NCBI GenBank assembly: GCA_004282875.1
Contig: SHLT01000003.1
Location: 12,917-76,916 of the forward strand
Direction: 5' to 3'
DNA: 64,000 bases
DNA from: Chromatiales bacterium
GTDB taxonomy: Bacteria; Pseudomonadota; Gammaproteobacteria; Steroidobacterales; Woeseiaceae
Under the pieces are notes generated by a model, which was not told the DNA's origin, ran no database searches, and saw nothing but the letters and a program-made list of their open reading frames with translations. The position numbers and the translations under genes are program-made. Numbering within the stretch: position 1 is the stretch's first letter; the number at the start of each line of letters is the position of its first letter. Below, piece by piece: positions 1-8,676 of the stretch.

Positions 1-2
1 GT

Positions 3-1124
3 GTGCCGCTGACGGAGCTTGCGCCCGACACGGTCACCGCACTCGAACAAGTTCTGGACCCGGAGCTGCCGGCCGTGAATCCGCTCGACGCGTGGAGTCG
101 CGGCGGACCGAATGCAGCAGAAAATATCGCGCGCTGCCTGACACTCCTGCTTCAGGATCCGGGCGCCGCGCTCGGCGCCGTCATTCACGACCGGGCACCG
201 GCGGGCAGGATCTACGAGAGCTATCTTGCGTACATGCAGCATGCCCGCAAGGAATCGGATACGCCCGTCGCACTCGTGGCTGCCAGGCAGGGCACGGGAC
301 ACGACCGCGCCGTAGTGACCAGCACGCATGCAGGTTTCCCGGTACTGGATGGCGTTACCCAGTTTCTCACCGGTGTCCGCGCACTGTTCGCGTATCGCGA
401 TTTCCAGCTGCGCCGCGAGTCGACGCGGCTGCCGGTCGACGCGGCCGTCGTCAAACCGTGGCGGAGGCGCCTGGCGGGCGGCTCGACCTTGGGCGAATTC
501 GAATCCCTGCGCATGCTGAATGATTTCGGGATCGCGACGGTAACGTGCGCGCTGGCAAACTCCGAGAATGAGGCGGTCGCGGCCGCGAGAGACATGGGGT
601 ATCCGGTGGCCCTGAAGACGGCCGGGGAGAGTATGTTGCACAAATCGGAGCACGGTGGCGTAGTTCTCGGCGTCGAAGACGAGGCGCAGTTGTGCAGCGC
701 GTACGGCGGCATGAGTACGCGCCTTGGCAACGACGTGCTCATCTCGGCCATGGCCGATGCCGGCGTGGAAATGCTGCTGGGCATCAAGCACGATCCGCAG
801 TTTGGCCCGGTGGTCTTGATCGGTTCAGGAGGCGTGCTCGCCGAGACTCTCGGTGACGTGCAGTATGCATTGCCACCATTCGACGCGGCGCATGCGCGTC
901 GCTGTGTCGATCGCCTGCAGCTCCGGCCATTGCTGGATGGCGTGCGTGGCGAGGCTGCTGCCGACATTGAAGCGTTCTGCAACATCGCCGCGCGCTTTTC
1001 GGAGATGGCCGCTGCACTCGCAGACGTGCTGGCAGAGGTCGACGTGAACCCGGTCATCGTGCAGGAACGCGGTGCGATTGCCGTGGACGCCCTGGTTACG
1101 GGGCGCAAAACCGAGGAAAGCTGA
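3..1124 (+). CDS. ADP/NDP-forming acyl-CoA synthetase family protein, C-terminal (ATP-grasp) part; 5' end lies outside the window
   Basis: The frame is open from the window edge to the stop at 1122-1124. The C-terminal half (GYPVALKT..HKSEHGGVVLGV..GVEMLLGIKHDPQFGPVVLIGSGGV..VDVNPVIV) reads like the ATP-grasp module of ADP-forming acetate/acyl-CoA ligases. Family call is from recall only. Confidence 0.6.
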   Translation: MPLTELAPDTVTALEQVLDPELPAVNPLDAWSRGGPNAAENIARCLTLLLQDPGAALGAVIHDRAPAGRIYESYLAYMQHARKESDTPVALVAARQGTGHDRAVVTSTHAGFPVLDGVTQFLTGVRALFAYRDFQLRRESTRLPVDAAVVKPWRRRLAGGSTLGEFESLRMLNDFGIATVTCALANSENEAVAAARDMGYPVALKTAGESMLHKSEHGGVVLGVEDEAQLCSAYGGMSTRLGNDVLISAMADAGVEMLLGIKHDPQFGPVVLIGSGGVLAETLGDVQYALPPFDAAHARRCVDRLQLRPLLDGVRGEAAADIEAFCNIAARFSEMAAALADVLAEVDVNPVIVQERGAIAVDALVTGRKTEES

Positions 1125-1125
1125 C

Positions 1126-1971
1126 GTGCAGAAGCTCGCAATCTATCAGTCACTCTGGGGCATGCAGCTCAGGAACCCCAACCGGGCAGAACGCAGCGAC
1201 GAAGAGGCGTTTGCCATGGTGGCCGAAGCGGGCTTCGATGGCATGTGCCTCGATCCGTCGGTTGAGGAAATTGCGGAAAACCTCGACAGGCAGAACCTGT
1301 TCGAAGCACACGGGCTCGGCTGCATGGTCAACGCGTTTCCGTATTCCCCGGACGACATGGAGCCGCTGCTCGATCTTGCCAATGACATGAACGCGTGCAT
1401 GGTCAACGTGATCAGCGGGGTCATGCCGATCAGGCCGGAAGAGGCGGTGCCCGTGGTGCGAGACTGGATCGGTACCGCCAAACGCAAGCGCATGCCGATG
1501 TTATTTGAAACGCATCGCGACGGCCTGCTGAACGATCTCTATTTCACGCTGCAGCTCATGGAACTCGTCCCGGACATGCGCCTGTGTGCCGACCTGTCGC
1601 ATTTCGTGGTGGACCGGGAGCTGCGCGCACCGGTGCCGGAGCGCGACGAGCAGTACATGAGATCGGTGCTCGACCGTTCCGACTGCTTCCAGGGCCGCAT
1701 TGCGAGCCGGGAACAGGTGCAGATTCAGATCGACTTCCCGCAGCACCGGCAATGGGTCGATATCTTCAAGGCCTGGTGGAAGTACGGCATCGCACAGTGG
1801 CGCAAACGTAACGATGACGATGCGACGCTCGTATTCCTGTGCGAGCTCGGTCCACCGCCGTACGCGATTACCGACGCGAACCAGGACGAGCTGTCCGACC
1901 GCTGGCAGGAATCGCTACAGATTCGTGACTGGGTTCGGGATATCTGGTCGGCGCTGGAAGATGAGGATTGA
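1126..1971 (+). CDS. sugar phosphate isomerase/epimerase-like (xylose-isomerase-like TIM barrel) protein
   Basis: ORF 1072..1971. I prefer the GTG at 1126, two nt after the upstream stop, because the longer start would overlap the previous gene by 50 nt. Size (~280 aa) and the ETHR / DLSHF pattern fit the TIM-barrel family. Weak call. Confidence 0.5.
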   Translation: MQKLAIYQSLWGMQLRNPNRAERSDEEAFAMVAEAGFDGMCLDPSVEEIAENLDRQNLFEAHGLGCMVNAFPYSPDDMEPLLDLANDMNACMVNVISGVMPIRPEEAVPVVRDWIGTAKRKRMPMLFETHRDGLLNDLYFTLQLMELVPDMRLCADLSHFVVDRELRAPVPERDEQYMRSVLDRSDCFQGRIASREQVQIQIDFPQHRQWVDIFKAWWKYGIAQWRKRNDDDATLVFLCELGPPPYAITDANQDELSDRWQESLQIRDWVRDIWSALEDED

Positions 1972-1987
1972 GCGGTCGTTTCAGCTG

Positions 1988-2614
1988 TCACGGGTTCATG
2001 GTTCCGACGGCAATCAACACGGCAGCGATGAAACCGAGAAGCACGAGCGTCTCCATGTGGTCGACAAACCACTCGAGAATAGCCCGGCCGCGTGGTCCCA
2101 GCCAGGGGCCCGCTCGTAACTCGTCGGCTCGGGCTTCCAGTTCAGGCGGCAGGGTCTTTCCTGAAATCGTCAAGTAGTAGAAACGCATCTTCGGCGTACC
2201 GTACAGCCAGCCGAAGACGAGCAGTGCGACAGCCATGGTCGCATACAGCCGCAAGGAATCGTCGACAGGCAGATTACCGAGGAAGCCCTTACCGGCGATG
2301 GTTGCGCCGGACAGCACCAGCGCATAGAGCGCGATGATCGGCCGGCTGAGCGGGCTGTTCATGTTAATTGAGTAGAACACCCCGAACGGCAGGATGAAAT
2401 GCAGCACAGCAATGTAGAACGCATCGAAGCCTGTGGGCTCGAATGTGCCGGAGTCGCCCATCGAGACGGCGACGGCGTACACGAGCGTACCGGCGACCGA
2501 GAACATCGACAGCCCGCCGAGCAGCTTGAGCAGGGCCGGCGGCTCTACGTCGGGCCGATTTTCAAACCGCGGCGACCAGAACTTGATTCTTTGTCCGGGC
2601 CTCATGTGAACCAT
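1988..2614 (-). CDS. hypothetical integral membrane protein
   Basis: 208-aa ORF with about five hydrophobic helices. No family recognised. Confidence 0.45.
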   Translation of the reverse strand: MVHMRPGQRIKFWSPRFENRPDVEPPALLKLLGGLSMFSVAGTLVYAVAVSMGDSGTFEPTGFDAFYIAVLHFILPFGVFYSINMNSPLSRPIIALYALVLSGATIAGKGFLGNLPVDDSLRLYATMAVALLVFGWLYGTPKMRFYYLTISGKTLPPELEARADELRAGPWLGPRGRAILEWFVDHMETLVLLGFIAAVLIAVGTMNP

Positions 2615-2627
2615 CAGCTTGTTCCGG

Positions 2628-5573
2628 TCATAGTTCCGCCGGGCTGCCGTGCACCGGTTTGCCGCCGAACAGGGTCAACACCGCTTTGGTCTCGGAGATT
2701 TGCTCGGCATCGATTTCGAAGATGTTCTGGTCGAGTACGACGAGATCAGCAAATTTGCCGACTTCAATGGAACCCGTCACATCGTCCTGGTGATTGACGT
2801 ACGCAGAGCCCATTGTGAACGCCTCCACAGCCTGAGCGACCGTTATGCGTTGCTCCGGATTCAAAACCTCTGTCGCGTGAGTGTCGGCGTCAACGCGCGT
2901 CACCGCGGTTTCGATCTGGGGCATCGGGTCAACGGTCGAAACCGACCAGTCGCTGCCAAACGCCACCTTACCGCCGGCGTCGAGAACGGATTTAATCGGG
3001 TACATCCAGCGCGCCGTCTCGGCACTGATGAACGGCAGGGTCAGGTCGACGACGTATTCGTCGGCGTAGGCCCAGACCGGCTGGAAGTTGGCGACGGCGC
3101 CGAGTTCGGCAAAGCGGGCGTGATCGTCGGGATGTACCACCTGCAGGTGCGACAGGTGGTGCCGCAGGTCGGCATCGCCGTGACGCTGGTTGGCTTCTTC
3201 CACCGCATCAAGCGCTAAACGCGCCGCGCCGTCACCCAGGGCATGGAAGTGCACCTGGAATCCCTCGGCCGCCAGGTTGCTGACGACCTCGACCATCTCG
3301 GTGGGTTCAATCATGGGCGTACCGCTGGTGCCGCTGTCGACGAGGTAGGGTTCGAGCATGACGGCCGTGTAGTTTTCCATGACGCCGTCGACGAATATTT
3401 TCACGCTTGTGGCACTCAGGTTCCCTTGCGTATAGCGCTCGCGCAGTGCCTTCATTGCCGCTATTTGCCCGTCAGGACCCTCAGCGTCCCACAGCAAGGC
3501 GGCAACAACGCGCAGATTGAGTTTGCCCATCTTGTCGAGGTGTTCGTAAACCTCGAGCTCGGGCTCCTCGGCGTAGGCTTTTTGCAGTGACGTTATGCCA
3601 ACGCTGTGCATCAGGTCGCGCGCATACTCCAGGGCGGCGAGCCGCTCCTCGAAGGTTGGCGCGGGTACGTGCTTCGCGACGAGTCGCATGGCACCTTCCT
3701 GCAGGCTGCCAATAGACTCGCCAGTTTCCGGATCGCGATCGATAAAGCCGTCAACCGGGTCGGGCGTGTCTTGCGTAACGCCCGCGATCTCGAGTGCCCG
3801 GCTGTTGGCCCAGCCGGAATGGCCGTCGGCCGATGTGAGATAGACGGCGTGGTCGGGCGCCAGTTCGTCGAGAATGTCTTTGCTGGCCTTTGCACCGGGG
3901 CCAAAAGCCGCCATCGACCAGCCACCGCCAGTGATCCATTCGCTGTCTTCGCTGCGGGCCACGCAGTCCGGAATGACGGACCGGTAGTGATCGACGGTTT
4001 CTGCCTCGCCGAGGTAACAGCTCAGGGCTTCGAGACCTGCGTAGAGGGGATGGACATGCGCATCCTGGAAGCCGGGAAGCATGAGCCGCCCGCGCAGGTC
4101 GTGAGCCGTCGTATCGGGGCCGATGTGCGCACGCACCTCGTCGTCCGAACCCACAAACTCGATCGTGCCGTTGCGAATGGCCACGGCCTGGGCCCATGGC
4201 CGTTCAGCATTCACGGTGTAGATCTTGCCGGTGTGATAGACGATGTCGGCGAACTGCTTTTTCTTCTTCGTTATCTGCTTGACGATGTTGCCGCCCTTGA
4301 TCACCACCGGAACGTCCTGCAGCGTGGTGATGTCGTCCAGCGGATTGACCTTCACGGCGATGATGTCGCCATAGCGGCCCGGTTCGATGGCGCCTACGTC
4401 GGCAGACAGTCCCATGTGTTCGGCGGCAAGGGAGGTTGCGCTCCTGATCGCATCCATTGGCGTCATGCCGCGACGTACCATGACCTCGAACTGGCGTGCG
4501 TTCAACCCATGTGGCAAAACGCCGGCATCGGTGCCGTATAGAATGGGCACACCGGCCGCATACGCTTTCTCGAAGACGACTCGCTGGGCTTCCGTTGTCT
4601 CGTCATTCTTGCGCATGAACTCTTCGGGGTAGCCGAGCTCTTCGCCGACTTCGGCCGTGAACGTCCCGTTGTACACATCCATCGAGAACGCGACGCCGTG
4701 CTCAACAGCCAGTGCAATCGCTTCGTCGTCGCCGAGCGAGGCATGCTCGATCGAGTCGACGCCGGCGAGAATGGCGTCCTTGATCGACTGCGCGCCGTGC
4801 GCATGGGCCGTGACTTTCACGCCGTTCGCATGCGCAACGTCGACGACCGCCGCGATCTCTTCCGGAGTCATTTCCGGTGAGCCAGGTACGCCGCCGTAGG
4901 CGAAAACTGCGCCTGAGGCGATGATCTTGATTATGTCCGCGCCGTTGTCGAGTACGCGCTGAGTAGCTGCCGCAAACTGCTCGGGTCCGCGCGCGACGCC
5001 AATGCGAATCCCCGCCGGTATGTCACTTTCGTCACGGCCGGGAACAACGAGATCGCCGCCACCTCCGGGAATGGTCAGGTACGACCCTGCCGTCTGGATG
5101 CGTGGGCCCGGTGCCTCTCCCTGGGCGATGTTCTCACGGGCCTCCAGGATGGCCTCGGGAAAATAGTCACCGACATTGCGAACCGTCGTAAAGCCGGCCT
5201 GCAGCGTGATGCCCGCGTTCTTGAGTGTGATCGCCATCGTCTCAGCCATACTGCGGCGGTAGTAAATCGTGAGGTCGCTGGAGTCGTCGTGTTTCAGGGC
5301 GAGATGCGTGTGCGTGTCGATCAGGCCGGGGAGGCAAACGTACTCGGTCAGGTTCAGGACTTCCGCATCTTCCGCGGCGGGTGCATGGATCGAAAGCAAC
5401 TGCTCGATACGACCGTTGCGTATCAGCACCGTGGTCGGGCCCAGCGCATCGTCAGCCAGACCGTCGATGACAGCGCCACAGCGAACCACGAGGATGTCGT
5501 CTTGCTCCTCGGGTGCTTGCTGGCACGCTGACACAAGTACGACGGCCACAACGGCCATTAAGGAATAACGCAT
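2628..5573 (-). CDS. lipoprotein made of two fused amidohydrolase-superfamily modules (COG1228-like N-terminal, YtcJ/amidohydrolase-3-like C-terminal)
   Basis: 981-aa ORF. Signal peptide with lipobox (VLVSAC). Module 1 carries GLIDTHTHL, VTAHAHG and GTDAG. A K-rich linker (ITKKKKQ) lies at about nt 4255-4280. Module 2 carries GFQDAHVHPL, VHFHALGDGA and FGSDWSVS. Confidence 0.85.
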   Translation of the reverse strand: MRYSLMAVVAVVLVSACQQAPEEQDDILVVRCGAVIDGLADDALGPTTVLIRNGRIEQLLSIHAPAAEDAEVLNLTEYVCLPGLIDTHTHLALKHDDSSDLTIYYRRSMAETMAITLKNAGITLQAGFTTVRNVGDYFPEAILEARENIAQGEAPGPRIQTAGSYLTIPGGGGDLVVPGRDESDIPAGIRIGVARGPEQFAAATQRVLDNGADIIKIIASGAVFAYGGVPGSPEMTPEEIAAVVDVAHANGVKVTAHAHGAQSIKDAILAGVDSIEHASLGDDEAIALAVEHGVAFSMDVYNGTFTAEVGEELGYPEEFMRKNDETTEAQRVVFEKAYAAGVPILYGTDAGVLPHGLNARQFEVMVRRGMTPMDAIRSATSLAAEHMGLSADVGAIEPGRYGDIIAVKVNPLDDITTLQDVPVVIKGGNIVKQITKKKKQFADIVYHTGKIYTVNAERPWAQAVAIRNGTIEFVGSDDEVRAHIGPDTTAHDLRGRLMLPGFQDAHVHPLYAGLEALSCYLGEAETVDHYRSVIPDCVARSEDSEWITGGGWSMAAFGPGAKASKDILDELAPDHAVYLTSADGHSGWANSRALEIAGVTQDTPDPVDGFIDRDPETGESIGSLQEGAMRLVAKHVPAPTFEERLAALEYARDLMHSVGITSLQKAYAEEPELEVYEHLDKMGKLNLRVVAALLWDAEGPDGQIAAMKALRERYTQGNLSATSVKIFVDGVMENYTAVMLEPYLVDSGTSGTPMIEPTEMVEVVSNLAAEGFQVHFHALGDGAARLALDAVEEANQRHGDADLRHHLSHLQVVHPDDHARFAELGAVANFQPVWAYADEYVVDLTLPFISAETARWMYPIKSVLDAGGKVAFGSDWSVSTVDPMPQIETAVTRVDADTHATEVLNPEQRITVAQAVEAFTMGSAYVNHQDDVTGSIEVGKFADLVVLDQNIFEIDAEQISETKAVLTLFGGKPVHGSPAEL

Positions 5574-5641
5574 ACAGGACCTCCCAAGGCTGGTACTACA
5601 GTACCAAGCATGGCTTGCTCAAGTGAAGTAAGCTCGGGCGG

Positions 5642-6574
5642 ATGGCAGGAAAAGCTTTCCAGGCAGCACTGCAAAGGGATGTGCCGTTGATCCTGGACGG
5701 CGGCCTTGCGACCCAGCTGGAGGCCCAGGGTTGCGATATCGGCAATGCGCTCTGGTCGGCGTCGCTGCTGCAGACGGCTCCCGAAGAGATTGTTGCAGCG
5801 ACCAGGGCATACCTCGAGGCGGGTGCCGAGTGCGTCGCGACAGCAACCTACCAGGCGAGTCATGAGGGATATGCTGCACTGGGTTTGTCGGCAAAGGAGG
5901 CTGACGACCTGATGCTGCTGTCCGTAGCGCTCGCTGAACGAGCTCGCAGCGAGTATCTGCGGGCGCACGCCGAATGTGATTTCGTACCCCTGGTGGCGGC
6001 GAGCCTAGGGCCGTATGGCGCCATGCTGCACGACGGTTCGGAGTACCGGGGCGACTACGGCGTCACGGCTGAGACGCTTCGAGGGTTTCATGCACCGCGA
6101 CTCGAATTGTTGGGTGACAGCGGCGCCGACGTGCTGGCGCTGGAGACCATTCCGTCACACCTCGAGGCAGAGGTATTGGCGGAGCTGCTTGCCGGTTGCG
6201 CCATGCCTGCCTGGATCAGTTTTTCGTGTCGCGACGGTGCGCAGCTTGTTGACGGCACGCCGATAGAAGACGTCGCAGCCATGTTTGCGGAGCATCCTCG
6301 AGTAGTCGCGGTGGGTATCAACTGCACGCCACCGCAGTTCGCGCCGGAACTGGTGCGACGAGTATGTGCTGTCGTGCCGGACAAAGCTGTCATGGCCTAT
6401 CCCAATTCGGGCGAGACCTACCATGCCGAAGATAATTCGTGGTCCGGCACGGTAACGCCGGGCGACTGCGCCGCCGCGGCGCGCAGCTGGGTTGAGGTTG
6501 GTGCCCGCATTGTCGGCGGCTGCTGTCGTATGGGGCCCGAGCACATTCAGGCAATGCGAAACGAACTCAGATAA
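5642..6574 (+). CDS. mmuM: homocysteine S-methyltransferase
   Basis: 310 aa. N-terminal LILDGGLATQLE. Zn-ligand cysteines in GINCTPP and GGCCRMGPEHI, typical of MmuM/YagD-type enzymes. Confidence 0.85.
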   Translation: MAGKAFQAALQRDVPLILDGGLATQLEAQGCDIGNALWSASLLQTAPEEIVAATRAYLEAGAECVATATYQASHEGYAALGLSAKEADDLMLLSVALAERARSEYLRAHAECDFVPLVAASLGPYGAMLHDGSEYRGDYGVTAETLRGFHAPRLELLGDSGADVLALETIPSHLEAEVLAELLAGCAMPAWISFSCRDGAQLVDGTPIEDVAAMFAEHPRVVAVGINCTPPQFAPELVRRVCAVVPDKAVMAYPNSGETYHAEDNSWSGTVTPGDCAAAARSWVEVGARIVGGCCRMGPEHIQAMRNELR

Positions 6575-7214
6575 GTATTCCAGGCAGGTCGACAGGCGAC
6601 GCTGCTATCGCCGTCGCACCGGCGCCTTCGAGTTCCTCGACCGAGCCATAACCGTAGGCAACGCCGACCGGCGTCATTTGGTTCGCTACCGCACCGATGA
6701 GGTCGTGCTTGCGATCGCCAACCATGACGTGGCGCGCGCCGCCCGGGTTCCTGCCGATGGCAAATTCCAGCAGCTCCGTCTTGGTGCCGCGCGTGCCGTC
6801 AAGTTCGCTGCCATACACCGTGGCGAAGAACTCACCCATGCCGAAGTGCTCGACGATACGCGCCGCATGCTTATGCGGCTTTGCTGTGGCAACGAACAGC
6901 AGGTGACCGGCAGTGGCTATAGCGTCGAGGGCATCGACGATGCCGTCGTAGGGTTTGTTTTCCTGCCAGCCGATATCGACGAAACGTTCGCGGTACAGGT
7001 CGACCGCCTTTCTGGTCAGGTCGTCCCCGACCAATTCCGGAAACGTGTCCCACAGGGGAGGGCCGATGCAGCTATAGAGGTAGTCATCGTCGGGATGCGG
7101 GAACCCGAGCTCATCGAGCGCATACAGGATGCACTTTGTGATGCCCTCGTAAGGGTCGGTCAGCGTGCCGTCAAGGTCGAAGTAGACATGCGTAGTCATC
7201 GCCGTAGCATACAA
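6567..7214 (-). CDS. HAD-superfamily hydrolase (phosphoglycolate phosphatase-like)
   Basis: DxDxT motif in VYFDLDGTLTDP, and a late GD..D motif (VMVGDRKHDL). The start could be the ATG at 7199 (MTTHVYFDLDG) instead of 7214. Confidence 0.8.
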   Translation of the reverse strand: MYATAMTTHVYFDLDGTLTDPYEGITKCILYALDELGFPHPDDDYLYSCIGPPLWDTFPELVGDDLTRKAVDLYRERFVDIGWQENKPYDGIVDALDAIATAGHLLFVATAKPHKHAARIVEHFGMGEFFATVYGSELDGTRGTKTELLEFAIGRNPGGARHVMVGDRKHDLIGAVANQMTPVGVAYGYGSVEELEGAGATAIAASPVDLPGILI

Positions 7215-7256
7215 GCAATACCGCGGCGCGCCTCAACTAATAGTGTGGGGGTTGCG

Positions 7257-7607
7257 TCAGAAACTGACGCGCAGCGCCAGGACCGTGGCGCCGATGTCAA
7301 AGCCGTAGACTGGACCGATCAAGTCGCTGGTCTGGGTGAACGGGTCGACTCGCAAATCAAAGGACAGCTGCGGGGAAGCGCGAAAGCGCAGCCCCAGGCC
7401 GGCGCGGTCCGACCACAGGTCGCTGGTCAGGTAGGTCAGGTCGAACAGGGTTTGCGCGCGATCCTCGGGCCGGAACAATTCCCAGCCGTTGTCGCCCAGC
7501 GGGACAACGCGTGCGTCGGCATGGAGCGCGTCAGCCGGCGTTTCGGCGAACACGCCTGTCGTGAACAGCGAGAGGAGCAATGCGATCCCTGCAGTGCGTT
7601 TCGACAT
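7257..7607 (-). CDS. small exported protein with beta-barrel-like C-terminus (ends in Phe)
   Basis: Internal ATG at 7607 gives MSKRTAGIALLLSLFTTGVFA/ETPA, a signal peptide. The sequence has an alternating hydrophobic pattern and a terminal ..ALRVSF. The longer ORF (to 7682) adds a non-signal extension. Confidence 0.45.
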   Translation of the reverse strand: MSKRTAGIALLLSLFTTGVFAETPADALHADARVVPLGDNGWELFRPEDRAQTLFDLTYLTSDLWSDRAGLGLRFRASPQLSFDLRVDPFTQTSDLIGPVYGFDIGATVLALRVSF

Positions 7608-7732
7608 AATCCATCCTGGAGCCGCCGGTAACGAGATTACAGGGTAGTAGATAGGTCCGTGACAGGCGCGTACGCCTGTCACAATTCCGTCCGTGGGCGC
7701 TTGAATCGCCTTGTAGAGCGCGGTCGGCGGAC

Positions 7733-8002
7733 CTAGCTATCGGCGCGAGTAATCGCCCTTTGCATCATCTTGTCACGAAGATGACGCAATGCTCTCCTGC
7801 TTTCATTATCAAGATCGGCGGGCATTGCCGAGAATGCCGATAGCATGGCGATGTCGTTCGCTTCGGCCAGATTGACATTCAATAACCGCAATTCCTGCTC
7901 GATGTTGTCCAGCGTCAGATCCGACAAGTCGTTCTCCAATAGGGTGTGTGTTCGTGACTGTACGCGTTGTCGTGACGCGAAGCGACGCTTCGACCCGCAC
8001 AT
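7733..8002 (-). CDS. hypothetical small helical protein (orphan)
   Basis: 89-aa ORF in a visibly lower-GC patch. Third-position GC is lower than in the neighbours. No motif recognised and the start is uncertain. Confidence 0.25.
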   Translation of the reverse strand: MCGSKRRFASRQRVQSRTHTLLENDLSDLTLDNIEQELRLLNVNLAEANDIAMLSAFSAMPADLDNESRRALRHLRDKMMQRAITRADS

Positions 8003-8038
8003 CTGCGTCAGGCCGGGCAGGAAGTCCTCCGCTTCGGT

Positions 8039-8590
8039 CTAGAAGATGAGGCGTGCCGTCACCGACGTGCCGATAATGCCGAGGTCATAGCTGGGACCCA
8101 GCAAGTCGTCTTCCCAGACCATTGCGTCGGCCTGGATGCCGATCGAAAAGTTGCGCGACGGACTGTAGCGAAGGCCAATGCCGCCGGCCGCGGCGGACTG
8201 GTCGTCCTCGATGCCGAAGCCGGCGTCGAATTCGAGTGTGCCAACACCGAGCTGGCCGTAAAGTTCCCAGCCACTGTCGCCAAACGGCACCGTTCCGACG
8301 AGGTGCGCCGACAATGCGGTGACTTCAAAGGGGGCACCGTCGATGGCGAAAGTGCCGAAATCGGAGTAGCGGCCTTCGATGGCGAGATACTTGAAGACCT
8401 TGTAGCCGGCAAACAACATCGAGGTCGTATCGGAGTCATCCCGTATGAAGCCCGCAAATGCGTCGCCATCGTCAAACAGCGACGTGCCTATGCCGCCGCC
8501 GATATACGGGCCGTAAGATTGTGGCTCTGCAGCCTGCGCCGTGCCGAAAGCAACAAGAAGTGTCATAACGATCAGTGTTTTCTTAAGCAT
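8039..8590 (-). CDS. outer-membrane beta-barrel protein (small porin/OmpW/OmpA-N-like family)
   Basis: Signal peptide MLKKTLIVMTLLVAFGTAQA. Gly/aromatic-rich alternating strands. C-terminal ..TARLIF with terminal Phe. Confidence 0.7.
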   Translation of the reverse strand: MLKKTLIVMTLLVAFGTAQAAEPQSYGPYIGGGIGTSLFDDGDAFAGFIRDDSDTTSMLFAGYKVFKYLAIEGRYSDFGTFAIDGAPFEVTALSAHLVGTVPFGDSGWELYGQLGVGTLEFDAGFGIEDDQSAAAGGIGLRYSPSRNFSIGIQADAMVWEDDLLGPSYDLGIIGTSVTARLIF

Positions 8591-8676
8591 AATCTGTCTC
8601 CCTCACCGCTATTGCGGGTTGCTAGAGGAGCAGACTAGACGGGCTGGATGAACGACGGGTGAACGGCCGTCAGCGC

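Noticed and set aside
221-1153. Other long alternative-frame or antisense ORFs
   Set aside because: Examples are 221-1153, 3606-4541, 8788-9585, 9586-10305, 10094-10912, 15117-15869, 17618-18388, 22007-22687, 32758-33540 and 58917-59573. Each is nested in, or antisense to, a gene with clear family signatures. All have the Arg/Ala/Pro-rich composition expected from out-of-frame high-GC sequence.
6492-7631. 379-aa plus-strand ORF spanning the HAD hydrolase and small exported protein loci
   Set aside because: It overlaps two better-supported minus-strand genes, one with a DxDxT motif and one with a signal peptide. It crosses an intergenic gap, and its product is Arg-rich with no motif.
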